Shown piece by piece: positions 17,863 through 25,753 of a stretch of DNA of 62,364 bases (position 1 is the first letter of the stretch; every line of letters starts with the position of its first letter). The stretch covers positions 1 to 62,364 of the IMG/VR virus record IMGVR_UViG_3300028831_000121; one strand, given 5' to 3'. Source of the DNA: a virus. A model generated the notes under the pieces. The model saw nothing but the letters and a program-made list of their open reading frames with translations, had not been told where the DNA came from and did not search any database. Position numbers and translations under genes: made by a program.

Positions 17863-18359
17863 TTCGGTTCACCGGAGAAGTAGATGGGATTCCCGTACTC
17901 GATAGGGCGTTCAATCGTGTTGAGGAACACATTTCTGACTTCAGATCGATTTGGCCCAACGTCGCAAAAGAATTCTATGCAATCGAAGAGGCGCAATTTC
18001 AAAGTGAGGGAGCAAGAGGCGCGTCAGGAAAATGGGCCGCATTGTCTCCCGCATATAAACGGTGGAAAGAGATTCATTACCCTGGCGAACCCATACTGAA
18101 ACTCGCCCACCCGTTATACGAATCGCTTACTAGCCCTGACGCGCCTGATTCGATATTCCGTATGGAAGCTACGGAAATGACGTTAGGATCGCGCACGCCT
18201 TATGCTACCGCCCACCAGAAAGGTGCAGGCCGGATGCCAGCGCGTCCACCAATCTCACTAACCGAATCAGATAAAAGGCGAATACAAAAAAGCATTCAAG
18301 CGGGTTTAGTTGCGTTTACTAGACGTGCCGGATTTCAAGTGGAAGAAAAAGCAGCATGA
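17859..18359 (+). CDS. Virion morphogenesis / tail completion protein (Mu G-like)
   Basis: KWAALSPAYKRWK ... TPYATAHQKGAGRMPARPPISL resembles the Phage_tail_S pattern. ATGA-coupled. Confidence 0.55.
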   Translation: MIRFTGEVDGIPVLDRAFNRVEEHISDFRSIWPNVAKEFYAIEEAQFQSEGARGASGKWAALSPAYKRWKEIHYPGEPILKLAHPLYESLTSPDAPDSIFRMEATEMTLGSRTPYATAHQKGAGRMPARPPISLTESDKRRIQKSIQAGLVAFTRRAGFQVEEKAA

Positions 18360-18856
18360 CGTGGGCCAGAAAGTTCAACGCTGTAAGAAACGAACATTTA
18401 ATAGCAAACGTCTCTGCCGTAATCACGCGAGATTTTAAGCTGGCTTTAGACGTACTCAATCCAGGTGAAGATTTACCAGACTTTAGAGAGAAAGCATTAG
18501 GACAAGTCAAAGGCTTGGAGTACCCATGTCTGGGATTATCTCCGCGCAGGGGTGCATCTTCACCTTCAGACGATGCGGCGAGAGTCGGTCAAGCATTTCA
18601 CTTTGATTTGCAGTACGGGGTTACTGATGACGGGCCTGATACGGTAACGAACCGGATTATGAAATACACATCAACTATGGAAGCGGTGCTGTTGGCGGCA
18701 ACAAAGAATGACTTCTTTGCTGGTATGCCCGGTCAGGTGTTTGGGTTTGTCGTAGAGACGGAATGGGAGTTCGGGCCGTTCGGTACAGTCAAAGGCGTGT
18801 CTACTCTTTTCCGGGCCGCTCAGATGTCGGTAACGATCACGGTCAACGCTCGATAA
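18356..18856 (+). CDS. Hypothetical neck / tail-terminator-position protein
   Basis: 166 aa, coupled start, immediately upstream of the tail tube gene. Confidence 0.45.
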   Translation: MTWARKFNAVRNEHLIANVSAVITRDFKLALDVLNPGEDLPDFREKALGQVKGLEYPCLGLSPRRGASSPSDDAARVGQAFHFDLQYGVTDDGPDTVTNRIMKYTSTMEAVLLAATKNDFFAGMPGQVFGFVVETEWEFGPFGTVKGVSTLFRAAQMSVTITVNAR

Positions 18857-18927
18857 CTAAGACTCTGATTAGTGCTATAGTTTCGACAACTTAACGCGAG
18901 GCCAAGTACGGCGCAATATCCGTAACC

Positions 18928-18968
18928 GCCCGTTTCCCCTTAACCGGGGATGCGGGCATTTTCATTTT
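18928..18968 (+). terminator. Intrinsic terminator / attenuator before the tail tube gene
   Basis: Nested stem GCCCGT-TCCCC-TTAACC-GGGGA-GCGGGC followed by ATTTTCATTTT. Confidence 0.6.
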
Positions 18969-18982
18969 AAGGAGCACATCAA

Positions 18983-19597
18983 ATGGCCGGTACTAGCGAC
19001 AACTTCAGTTCGACAACTGTAGCGATAGGCCCAGGGAAATTATACGCAGGGCTTGCAATACCAGGGGCCGGAGGCCGGTTGATTCTTGCCAGTGATGGCA
19101 CTCCTGACGCAACGCAAAACCCCTCAGCCCTACACCTCGGCTACACCGAAGGCGGCACGGAATGGAAGCAGGGGCACACGCTAACCGAGTTCACGCCTGA
19201 TGAGTCCAACTACCCGGTTATCAGTCGCGTTACGGGGGAGAGTGCTTCAATTTCCGGCTCGCTCTGGCAGTCGTTTGATTTTGACATCAACGCGATTCTT
19301 AACCCCCTTGACGTCAGGAGCAACTTACCCGGCACGCAGGGAGCTACATTCGGCGGTATAAACACCTTTAGCTACAACTCTGTTGCGGTGATCTTTCCGC
19401 TTGAAGGAATAACTCCAACGATCTACGGAGTGTTCCATCTTTACAAGGCGGTGAACGACGCAGAGGCGGCGGCCAAGATAACGAGCAAAGCAGTTGGCGC
19501 GACCCCATTTTCATTTAAGGGCCATGCGATTCCTACAAGAGCGGCGGGAGATCAGGTTGGTCGTAAATTTAGGCAGACCACAGGAGCAACATCCTAA
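18983..19597 (+). CDS. Major tail (tube) protein
   Basis: 204 aa with a strong SD (AAGGAG). It sits upstream of the chaperone and tape measure genes. Confidence 0.6.
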   Translation: MAGTSDNFSSTTVAIGPGKLYAGLAIPGAGGRLILASDGTPDATQNPSALHLGYTEGGTEWKQGHTLTEFTPDESNYPVISRVTGESASISGSLWQSFDFDINAILNPLDVRSNLPGTQGATFGGINTFSYNSVAVIFPLEGITPTIYGVFHLYKAVNDAEAAAKITSKAVGATPFSFKGHAIPTRAAGDQVGRKFRQTTGATS

Positions 19598-20082
19598 TGG
19601 CTGAAACAGAAAACACCTGGCGCAAACGCCAGCCGATTAAATTCCCCTGCAAGTCCGGCAACGAGATAACTGTAAGGCGTCCTGGCCCTGACTTAGCACT
19701 AAAGGCAGGCAAGTTTGCGCGTGTGCTGAAGTCACAGATGGATGCCGGCGCGAGCGTAGAACAGCAACTAGAGTTCATTGAGAAACTGCCTGATGATGAA
19801 CTTGAGAAGCTAATGGCATTTGCTCGTATCTTCGTTGCAGATGTTGTTATCAACCCTCCGTTATCGCTAAACCCAAGAGAAGGCCAGCTAGGGCCAGACG
19901 ACGTGCCGATTGAGGACTTCTGGCAAATCTACATCAGTGGCATGCGCGGATTTCCTGAGACCTCCGTAAAGCTGAAGGAGGGCGAGACCACCGTGGATGC
20001 GGTCACTTCGTTTCCTGAGCAATCGGGATCAAGTACTGATGCTAGTGAAGACGGCGGAAATGTCGAAGGCTTCCCCTGCTGA
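19597..20082 (+). CDS. Tail assembly chaperone (G-like)
   Basis: 161 aa, acidic C-terminus, TAATG-coupled, directly upstream of the tape measure region. Confidence 0.5.
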   Translation: MAETENTWRKRQPIKFPCKSGNEITVRRPGPDLALKAGKFARVLKSQMDAGASVEQQLEFIEKLPDDELEKLMAFARIFVADVVINPPLSLNPREGQLGPDDVPIEDFWQIYISGMRGFPETSVKLKEGETTVDAVTSFPEQSGSSTDASEDGGNVEGFPC

Positions 20083-20278
20083 CGTATTTGGAATTCAGGA
20101 GCATGAGATCGCGTTTGCCTTTAATGTCGAGTGTGCTGACATTCAAAACCAGTGGGAACAAGAGCGAGAGTTTGAGAAAGAAAAACGCCAGCTTGAATTA
20201 CTGACCGGCCAAAAGATTGCAACGGAGTTTGGCGGCATCCCACAAGCAGAAAATAAAGGTTCAGTTGAGCGATGGTAA
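20060..20278 (+). CDS. Hypothetical protein / possible chaperone extension (T-like)
   Basis: The ORF overlaps the chaperone 3' end in the +1 frame. It has an internal ATG at 20060. Confidence 0.3.
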   Translation: MSKASPADVFGIQEHEIAFAFNVECADIQNQWEQEREFEKEKRQLELLTGQKIATEFGGIPQAENKGSVERW

Positions 20279-20480
20279 ACACAGTGAGCCGGTTATCAAA
20301 GGAAATGCTTTCATTTGTTCCGACTGCTCGCGCCCATTCATTGATGTGCAAAACGGGCAAGTAAGAATCAGGACAAAGCACGGGAGCAAAGAGCACGAAA
20401 ACTTCCTCTCGCTTGATGATTTGAGACTGTTAATGTTTCTGGTGTGGCGGGAAGCTCACCCACCATTTGAGCGTTGGTAA
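20217..20480 (+). CDS. Hypothetical protein
   Basis: 87-aa ORF with uncertain start. Contains CSDCSRPF. Confidence 0.3.
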   Translation: MQRSLAASHKQKIKVQLSDGKHSEPVIKGNAFICSDCSRPFIDVQNGQVRIRTKHGSKEHENFLSLDDLRLLMFLVWREAHPPFERW

Positions 20481-20540
20481 AACTGAATAAGAGCGATGCC
20501 AGAGCGCGTCCAGCTTCTTTAAGTTGGGCGCATTTTTATT

Positions 20541-23405
20541 ATGGCCGACGATCTTTCCTTATTACTAAAAATTCGCGGCGATGCTGCTAGTGGAAAAGCT
20601 GCGGTTGCAGAAACGCGCGCGGCTATAGCCTCACTGCGGGCCACGACCGCTACAGAATTCGGAGCAATACAGAACGCAGGCACTAGCGCCTTCTCAAGTC
20701 TCACAGATTCCTTAAATGTATTTGTTGGGCAACGCATCCCGTTAGTCGGCGGGGCGTTCGTTCGCGTTACAGAAAACCTTCGCAACTTCGGCGCGGAATC
20801 AAAGAACGTAGAAGCTGATATAGCGAAATTCAATAAGACAGTTGACGGTATTGCTTCCTCAACTGGTAAAAGCGCCGCCGAAATAAGAACCTTCCTTGGC
20901 TCGTTCGTGCAACTCGAAGGACAAGCAGCAAGAGACGCAGCGGCTATAGAAAAGTTCGGGGTCGCGAATGCGAACATCATTCCACAACTTGAAGCCGCTG
21001 CTACTCAGCTAGGAACGATGTCAACAGTTGCGCCCGAAGCGGCGACCGGACTAGCAGGCGTTGTGGGCGCGATGGGGCCAGTAGGGATAGCCGCTGCCGG
21101 AATCGCGGTTGAAATTGGGTTAGTCGGGATTGCTTTCGGTGCGGTTACATCCGTTGCTAAAGGACTTGTCGAGCAGTTCTTTGCGCTGGCTGAGTCTGCC
21201 GCGTCCTGGCGCGGAGCACTCTTAGACAGCTCTCAGCAGTTAGGCATCTCGGTTGAAACCTTAAGCGCGTTTGAAATTCTTGCTAAGACTACAGGTGGGG
21301 ATCTCGGCTCGATCACAGCCTCACTTGGGATCTTCCAAAAGAAACTCGAAGAAGCACAAGACCCTCTGAGTAAGACTGGAAAGCTGTTCAGCGATCTAGG
21401 TGTCAACACAAATAGCACCGAAGAAGCATTACGCACCGCTCTCACGCAATTAGCGGCAATGCCTGAAGGCTTTCACCAAACCGCTACTGCCTTAGAACTA
21501 TTCGGGCGCGGTGGGAAGTCCATTCTCGCAATTCTGAAAGAGATGCACGGCGATCTTGACGGGGCGATTAGTCGCTTCCGAGAGATGGGTCTAATAGTCT
21601 CAAAAGAAGATGCTGTAGCCGCTGATAAGTTCAACGACGAACTCGCGTTACTTCATTTTAGATTTAGAGCACTGCTGGGCAACGAAGCAATCCCAGCGGC
21701 TACCGTCGCACTAGAAGCCCTTGGCAAGACGATTGATAACAACCAAGGCGTTGTTCAAGCTCTCGGAGAAGTAGTCCATTTAGCAGGGTTGTCCCTTCAG
21801 GGGTTTGTAATCGTTATTAACCAGGGAGTTGAAGCGGTAAACATTGCGCTTGGGCCATACCGAACACTAGCGAGTGTCTATGAACGAATTGCCGCTGCGT
21901 TAAAGGACGTGAACGCGAACGCAATTCCGGCATTCACGGATTTTTCGGCGACTACTGGCGGTGCGGGGGGAGGGCTTGATCTTGCTTCAGCTTTGGGATT
22001 AGCAACTAAGACTACCGGCGCAGCGGACGAAGCTGCTAAGGAGGCACAGAAAGCACGGAAAGAAGCCGCCACTCGGGCGAACAGAGAGATTGCCTTAAGC
22101 CTCGATGCGCTGGAAGAAATCACTCGCGTCCATTTAGTAGATTTACAGCGAGAACGTGATCGCGATCTTAAGAACATTGACGAATGGGAAACGACATCTC
22201 TTCAGCTGGCCCATGATCATCGCGTCGGCCTGGAAGCTGTTTACGATCAGGAAGCAACTAACGCACGGAAGTTTATTGACAACCAGGCGGATCTCTCACT
22301 TGCTTTACAGGAAATTGAGCAAAAGAAAACTAAGGCTGTTAATGCGGAAATTGAAAAGCGCAATGAGATTCAGGACAAGGCGCAGCGGGATCGCGATCAG
22401 GCAGAACTCAATCTCAACAAGCAGTTGGCCGCAATTCGTGACACGGCACGGGAAGGTGAATTAGCGCGAATCAAGAACGCTCTTGATCGTCAGGCCATTA
22501 CTGAATCTGAAGCGAAGGCCGCTGAGCTAGCTTTACTAAAAGACGCTCAAGAACAGCGATTAACACTCATTGACGTTGAGCTTAATCAAGAGTCCACAAG
22601 CGCGGCTAGAAAACTTGAATTAGATAATTTACGGATTCAGTCAGAGCAGAAATACACGGATGAAAAGAAACGGCTAACTGACGAAAGAATTGACGCGGCG
22701 AATAGAGAGCAAGCATCGAGCGGCCCAGGCTCTCAGGGCGTTGGGCCGGTTACATCAGATGATATTGCGCGACGTGCGGGTGCGGCGGCGGATATTGCAG
22801 CAGGCTTCCCTCCTCCGGCCCCAATCATTGACCCGTGGAAAGAGGCACTATCACAACTCAAGGACATGGGGCTGGATGCCGTCAACTCGCTCGCGGCGGG
22901 TGTTGGTAATCTTACTCAGCAGTGGGTGCTCTATGGCTCTGTAGGCCCGAATGCGGTTCGTAAAATGGTCGCGTCCGTCCTGGCAGGGCTGGCAGCTCAG
23001 GCTGCAATGCAGGCCGTCATGGAGTTAGCTTATGGCTTCATTGCCTTAACGCCGTGGGGTGCTGCTTTATACGGGCCAGCGAGCAATCACTTTATCGCTG
23101 CCGCCTTGTTCGCCTCTGTGGCTGCGGGTTCTGCTATTGCTGGCCGCCTAGTCGCCGGTAATTCTTTTCAGTCCAGCAACGCAGGCTCGTCTGGTAAGGG
23201 TATTGGCGGCGGCACTGCAACAGGCGGTGCAGGCGCCCCGTCGTCACAGGATACAAACCGACTTAATTATCAACCTAGTGTTATCCAGGTTCACTTACAC
23301 GGGGAGGCAGCGGTCGCGTTCAAGTATAAAGTGATCGATGTAATCGTAGACGATCACCGAGACAACGGGCGCGTGCGAACAATGATCGAGACAGGCCAAG
23401 TCTAG
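20541..23405 (+). CDS. Tape measure protein
   Basis: 954 aa with long Ala/Glu/Lys coiled coils and hydrophobic Gly/Ala-rich segments near the C-terminus. Canonical position. Confidence 0.85.
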   Translation: MADDLSLLLKIRGDAASGKAAVAETRAAIASLRATTATEFGAIQNAGTSAFSSLTDSLNVFVGQRIPLVGGAFVRVTENLRNFGAESKNVEADIAKFNKTVDGIASSTGKSAAEIRTFLGSFVQLEGQAARDAAAIEKFGVANANIIPQLEAAATQLGTMSTVAPEAATGLAGVVGAMGPVGIAAAGIAVEIGLVGIAFGAVTSVAKGLVEQFFALAESAASWRGALLDSSQQLGISVETLSAFEILAKTTGGDLGSITASLGIFQKKLEEAQDPLSKTGKLFSDLGVNTNSTEEALRTALTQLAAMPEGFHQTATALELFGRGGKSILAILKEMHGDLDGAISRFREMGLIVSKEDAVAADKFNDELALLHFRFRALLGNEAIPAATVALEALGKTIDNNQGVVQALGEVVHLAGLSLQGFVIVINQGVEAVNIALGPYRTLASVYERIAAALKDVNANAIPAFTDFSATTGGAGGGLDLASALGLATKTTGAADEAAKEAQKARKEAATRANREIALSLDALEEITRVHLVDLQRERDRDLKNIDEWETTSLQLAHDHRVGLEAVYDQEATNARKFIDNQADLSLALQEIEQKKTKAVNAEIEKRNEIQDKAQRDRDQAELNLNKQLAAIRDTAREGELARIKNALDRQAITESEAKAAELALLKDAQEQRLTLIDVELNQESTSAARKLELDNLRIQSEQKYTDEKKRLTDERIDAANREQASSGPGSQGVGPVTSDDIARRAGAAADIAAGFPPPAPIIDPWKEALSQLKDMGLDAVNSLAAGVGNLTQQWVLYGSVGPNAVRKMVASVLAGLAAQAAMQAVMELAYGFIALTPWGAALYGPASNHFIAAALFASVAAGSAIAGRLVAGNSFQSSNAGSSGKGIGGGTATGGAGAPSSQDTNRLNYQPSVIQVHLHGEAAVAFKYKVIDVIVDDHRDNGRVRTMIETGQV

Positions 23406-23623
23406 TTCTTTGGCCGCTTGAATATGCAATGCCAACCACCGTGCTCACCTTCGTTGTAACCCGCAAGTTCCCAACCTTCCGAGCCTAGTCCGTTGATCTT
23501 ACTTTCATCAAAACACTTTTGCTCGATTTTATATTCCCACGGTTGAGGCTTTGGCTGTTGGGTTGCTGAACTAATAGAGAGGATCGACAGAACGAGAATA
23601 AGCGTAAGTAGTATTTGTTTCAT
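23402..23623 (-). CDS. Small secreted protein (moron)
   Basis: 73 aa with signal peptide MKQILLTLILVLSILSISSA. Opposite strand to the tail operon. Confidence 0.5.
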   Translation of the reverse strand: MKQILLTLILVLSILSISSATQQPKPQPWEYKIEQKCFDESKINGLGSEGWELAGYNEGEHGGWHCIFKRPKN

Positions 23624-23638
23624 AGTGAGCGAATGCTA

Positions 23639-24061
23639 TCACTTTGAAACGGCGTGTTCAAACCTAATGTAGTTATCGCGAGCATCTCGCCGTTGCTCCT
23701 TAACTAACTGTTGGAGTTGGCGATTTTTCCGCTTGAATTTCTTAAACTTCTTCTTTGGCTGGCGAAGTTTTCCTGAAACGTAAGAGGTTGCACGCCCGAG
23801 TAGTTTTGCATTGTGGTTAAAGACTTTCAAGCCTGATTCGCATTGTCGGCATATTTCACCAGATGAACCTAAAAGCACTTGGCTGCAAATGGCACAATTC
23901 CGGCTAAATTTTAGTCCCCTTCTCTCTTGCTTCTCAGTAGCTTTCTGTCCATTGACTTCAACTCTACAGCTTAGGCAGATTGCATAGGGAGCTTTTGGAT
24001 CTCCGAACCATTCTATTAACCGATCCTGATTGCACCGAGGGCATTCTTTGGAATTCATCAC
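23639..24061 (-). CDS. Multi-CxxC zinc-ribbon protein with basic C-terminus
   Basis: 140 aa. Contains CPRC...CLSC...CAIC...CRQC. The architecture is reminiscent of Endo VII, but no DH..H catalytic block is visible. Confidence 0.5.
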   Translation of the reverse strand: MMNSKECPRCNQDRLIEWFGDPKAPYAICLSCRVEVNGQKATEKQERRGLKFSRNCAICSQVLLGSSGEICRQCESGLKVFNHNAKLLGRATSYVSGKLRQPKKKFKKFKRKNRQLQQLVKEQRRDARDNYIRFEHAVSK

Positions 24062-24496
24062 TCAACCTCGTTCACTGCTTGGGGGCGCTCTGAGCTGAGC
24101 GAACGAAGACCTTGCCCGTCTTTTATAAGAACAGGTGTTTTCGGTCTTCGCACGCATAGGGAAAACGGGTGCGCCCGTCGCCTCGCTTATACGTCTCGGT
24201 TCCTGGTTTGTTGATGGGCCGCTCTGGTTATTAGTTGCGGCTGGCCTATTTATTACACGCCACCAAACCTGCACAGGGCGCGTCGTCCGGTATTTAGCCT
24301 TAGCCCTTGTTTAGGGGTTAGACGAGACGCTTCGTGTACGAGAAGTGCTTGCCGTAGCGTGGATTGATTGGCTGGAAGGTTAGTCAGCCTATTTCAAATA
24401 ACCTCAATCGAGTTGAACGTACCACGCTTCTTTAATTTACGTTTTCGTGGTACTCTTCCTTGTCAGTCGCGCGTCAGATAACTTCAATCACGGCAA

Positions 24497-24524
24497 AGCC
24501 CGCAACCCGCAAGGGAAGCGGGCT
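24497..24524 (-). terminator. Hairpin downstream of 24534-24791
   Basis: AGCCCGC...GCGGGCT stem with an inner CCC-GCAA-GGG. The T-tract is weak. Confidence 0.4.
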
Positions 24525-24533
24525 GAGTCGTTT

Positions 24534-24791
24534 CTACGCAACCGCTTTCAGAGGCTCGCGCACGAATTCCTCTAATGCGTCGTCGTAGGCGCACGTCATA
24601 GTGAACGCGGCGTTAATGGCATCACTCACGGCGCAGTCATTAGCAACACGTGACCGCTCAGGGTTCGTGATCATTTTGAGCAGAATTACGAGCTTTTCAG
24701 CGGATTGAGGGTCAGCGTTGATGATTCCGCCAACCAGTCGGCGGATCGTCTCAGGGTTGTCGAATTCATCGACGGGTGCTAGTCTTGGCAT
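24534..24791 (-). CDS. Hypothetical protein
   Basis: 85-aa acidic ORF on the opposite strand to the tail operon. Confidence 0.5.
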   Translation of the reverse strand: MPRLAPVDEFDNPETIRRLVGGIINADPQSAEKLVILLKMITNPERSRVANDCAVSDAINAAFTMTCAYDDALEEFVREPLKAVA

Positions 24792-24920
24792 GGCTAAAGT
24801 CTCCTATCCGGGGATGTTGGTCATTAGGCTTGGCAGGGCGGTCACACGCCTTGTCAGGCCGTCTTTGTTTAGACAAAGGAATTTATACCTGAACAGAATT
24901 AGAATGTCAAAACAATTCCT

Positions 24921-24948
24921 TTGCCGTGGCAGAATACGGGTGTACAAT
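24921..24948 (+). promoter_or_regulatory. Sigma70-like promoter of the HTH gene (TTGCCG-16-TACAAT)
   Basis: The -10 ends 7 nt before the ATG at 24956, which would give a leaderless mRNA. Confidence 0.4.
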
Positions 24949-24955
24949 GCCGCAA

Positions 24956-25156
24956 ATGGAGCTTTTGAGTACCAGGCAAGCGGCGGAATATCTAAACGTG
25001 TCCGTGGCGCGAATTCAGCAATGGATTTGGGATGGCAGGCTCCCGGCCATTAAGCCGAGCCGCGACTACCTGGTGGATAAGAAAGACCTGGAAAATATCG
25101 TAGCGTTCCGTCGCGGTCGGCCGCCAAAGAAGACACAAGCCAAAAAGAAACGCTAA
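24956..25156 (+). CDS. MerR/excisionase-type HTH protein with AT-hook-like tail
   Basis: LLSTRQAAEYLNVSVARIQQWIWDGRLPA follows the HTH_17 pattern. The C-terminus is RRGRPPKKTQAKKKR. Paralog of 39122-39322. Confidence 0.65.
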   Translation: MELLSTRQAAEYLNVSVARIQQWIWDGRLPAIKPSRDYLVDKKDLENIVAFRRGRPPKKTQAKKKR

Positions 25157-25253
25157 TGCCCTGTCTTGGTTGTCACAGAAAAAGCTTAAAACTCATTTGG
25201 GGCTTCTGTAAATTTCTGCCGCCCTGACCTTCACAAACTTAAAACCCTTACCT

Positions 25254-25262
25254 TGATATAAT
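25254..25262 (+). promoter_or_regulatory. Extended -10 element (TGATATAAT)
   Basis: TGnTATAAT match 80 nt upstream of 25343. Confidence 0.4.
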
Positions 25263-25297
25263 CCTATCTGACAATTTCTGTGCGATGCCATGCGCGT

Positions 25298-25332
25298 CCG
25301 AGTGTTTTTCAACATTCGGGCGTTTTGTTTTT
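25298..25332 (+). terminator. Leader hairpin plus T-run (attenuator candidate)
   Basis: CCGAGTG-TTTTTCAA-CATTCGG followed by GCGTTTTGTTTTT, 10 nt before the SD of 25343. Confidence 0.4.
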
Positions 25333-25342
25333 GGAGTGAATC

Positions 25343-25753
25343 ATGCCAAGCGAATTTCCACTTCCCTCTGTGAACAGTGGCTATCCAACACCTCTGTATT
25401 TCGAGTTGTTGCCGGAGAAGTTTGTTGTGGGGCGAACAATCTATGACGACAACGGGGCGGACTACAAACTTCAGAACGGTGGAAACGGAATGCTGCAATG
25501 GATCGTGAAATACGACGGTCTCACGGTAGCAGAGGCAGCGATCCTTATTAGTTGGGCCGCAAGCATGTTTTACAGTGAGGATGAAGGCTCAGCTTACGGC
25601 GCGAACCTAAGACATCATCTACCTGAAACCGCATGGACAAGCACATCAGGAACTCTTTACAGCGGAGTTCATATCAGCCCTGGTGGATATAAAACAAGTC
25701 ACTCAAAAGCAGGTGTATTGGCTATTGAGTTCCTTTTGGAGAAGCGGGGCTAG
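25343..25753 (+). CDS. Minor tail protein (gpM-position)
   Basis: 136 aa, first + strand gene after the tape measure. Called by position only. Confidence 0.4.
   Translation: MPSEFPLPSVNSGYPTPLYFELLPEKFVVGRTIYDDNGADYKLQNGGNGMLQWIVKYDGLTVAEAAILISWAASMFYSEDEGSAYGANLRHHLPETAWTSTSGTLYSGVHISPGGYKTSHSKAGVLAIEFLLEKRG

Noticed and set aside
19997-20082. Canonical -1 programmed frameshift for the tail chaperone
   Set aside because: The downstream ORF is in the +1 frame and no slippery heptamer is present. It is reported only as an open question.
20519-20980. 153-aa ORF antisense to the 5' end of the tape measure gene
   Set aside because: It is an Ala-rich mirror of the coiled-coil coding sequence. 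The tape measure frame is continuous for 954 codons.
24062-24274. 70-aa minus-strand ORF
   Set aside because: It is Arg/Pro/Ser/Ala-rich and low-complexity, with no SD. The region is treated as non-coding leader or possible ncRNA.
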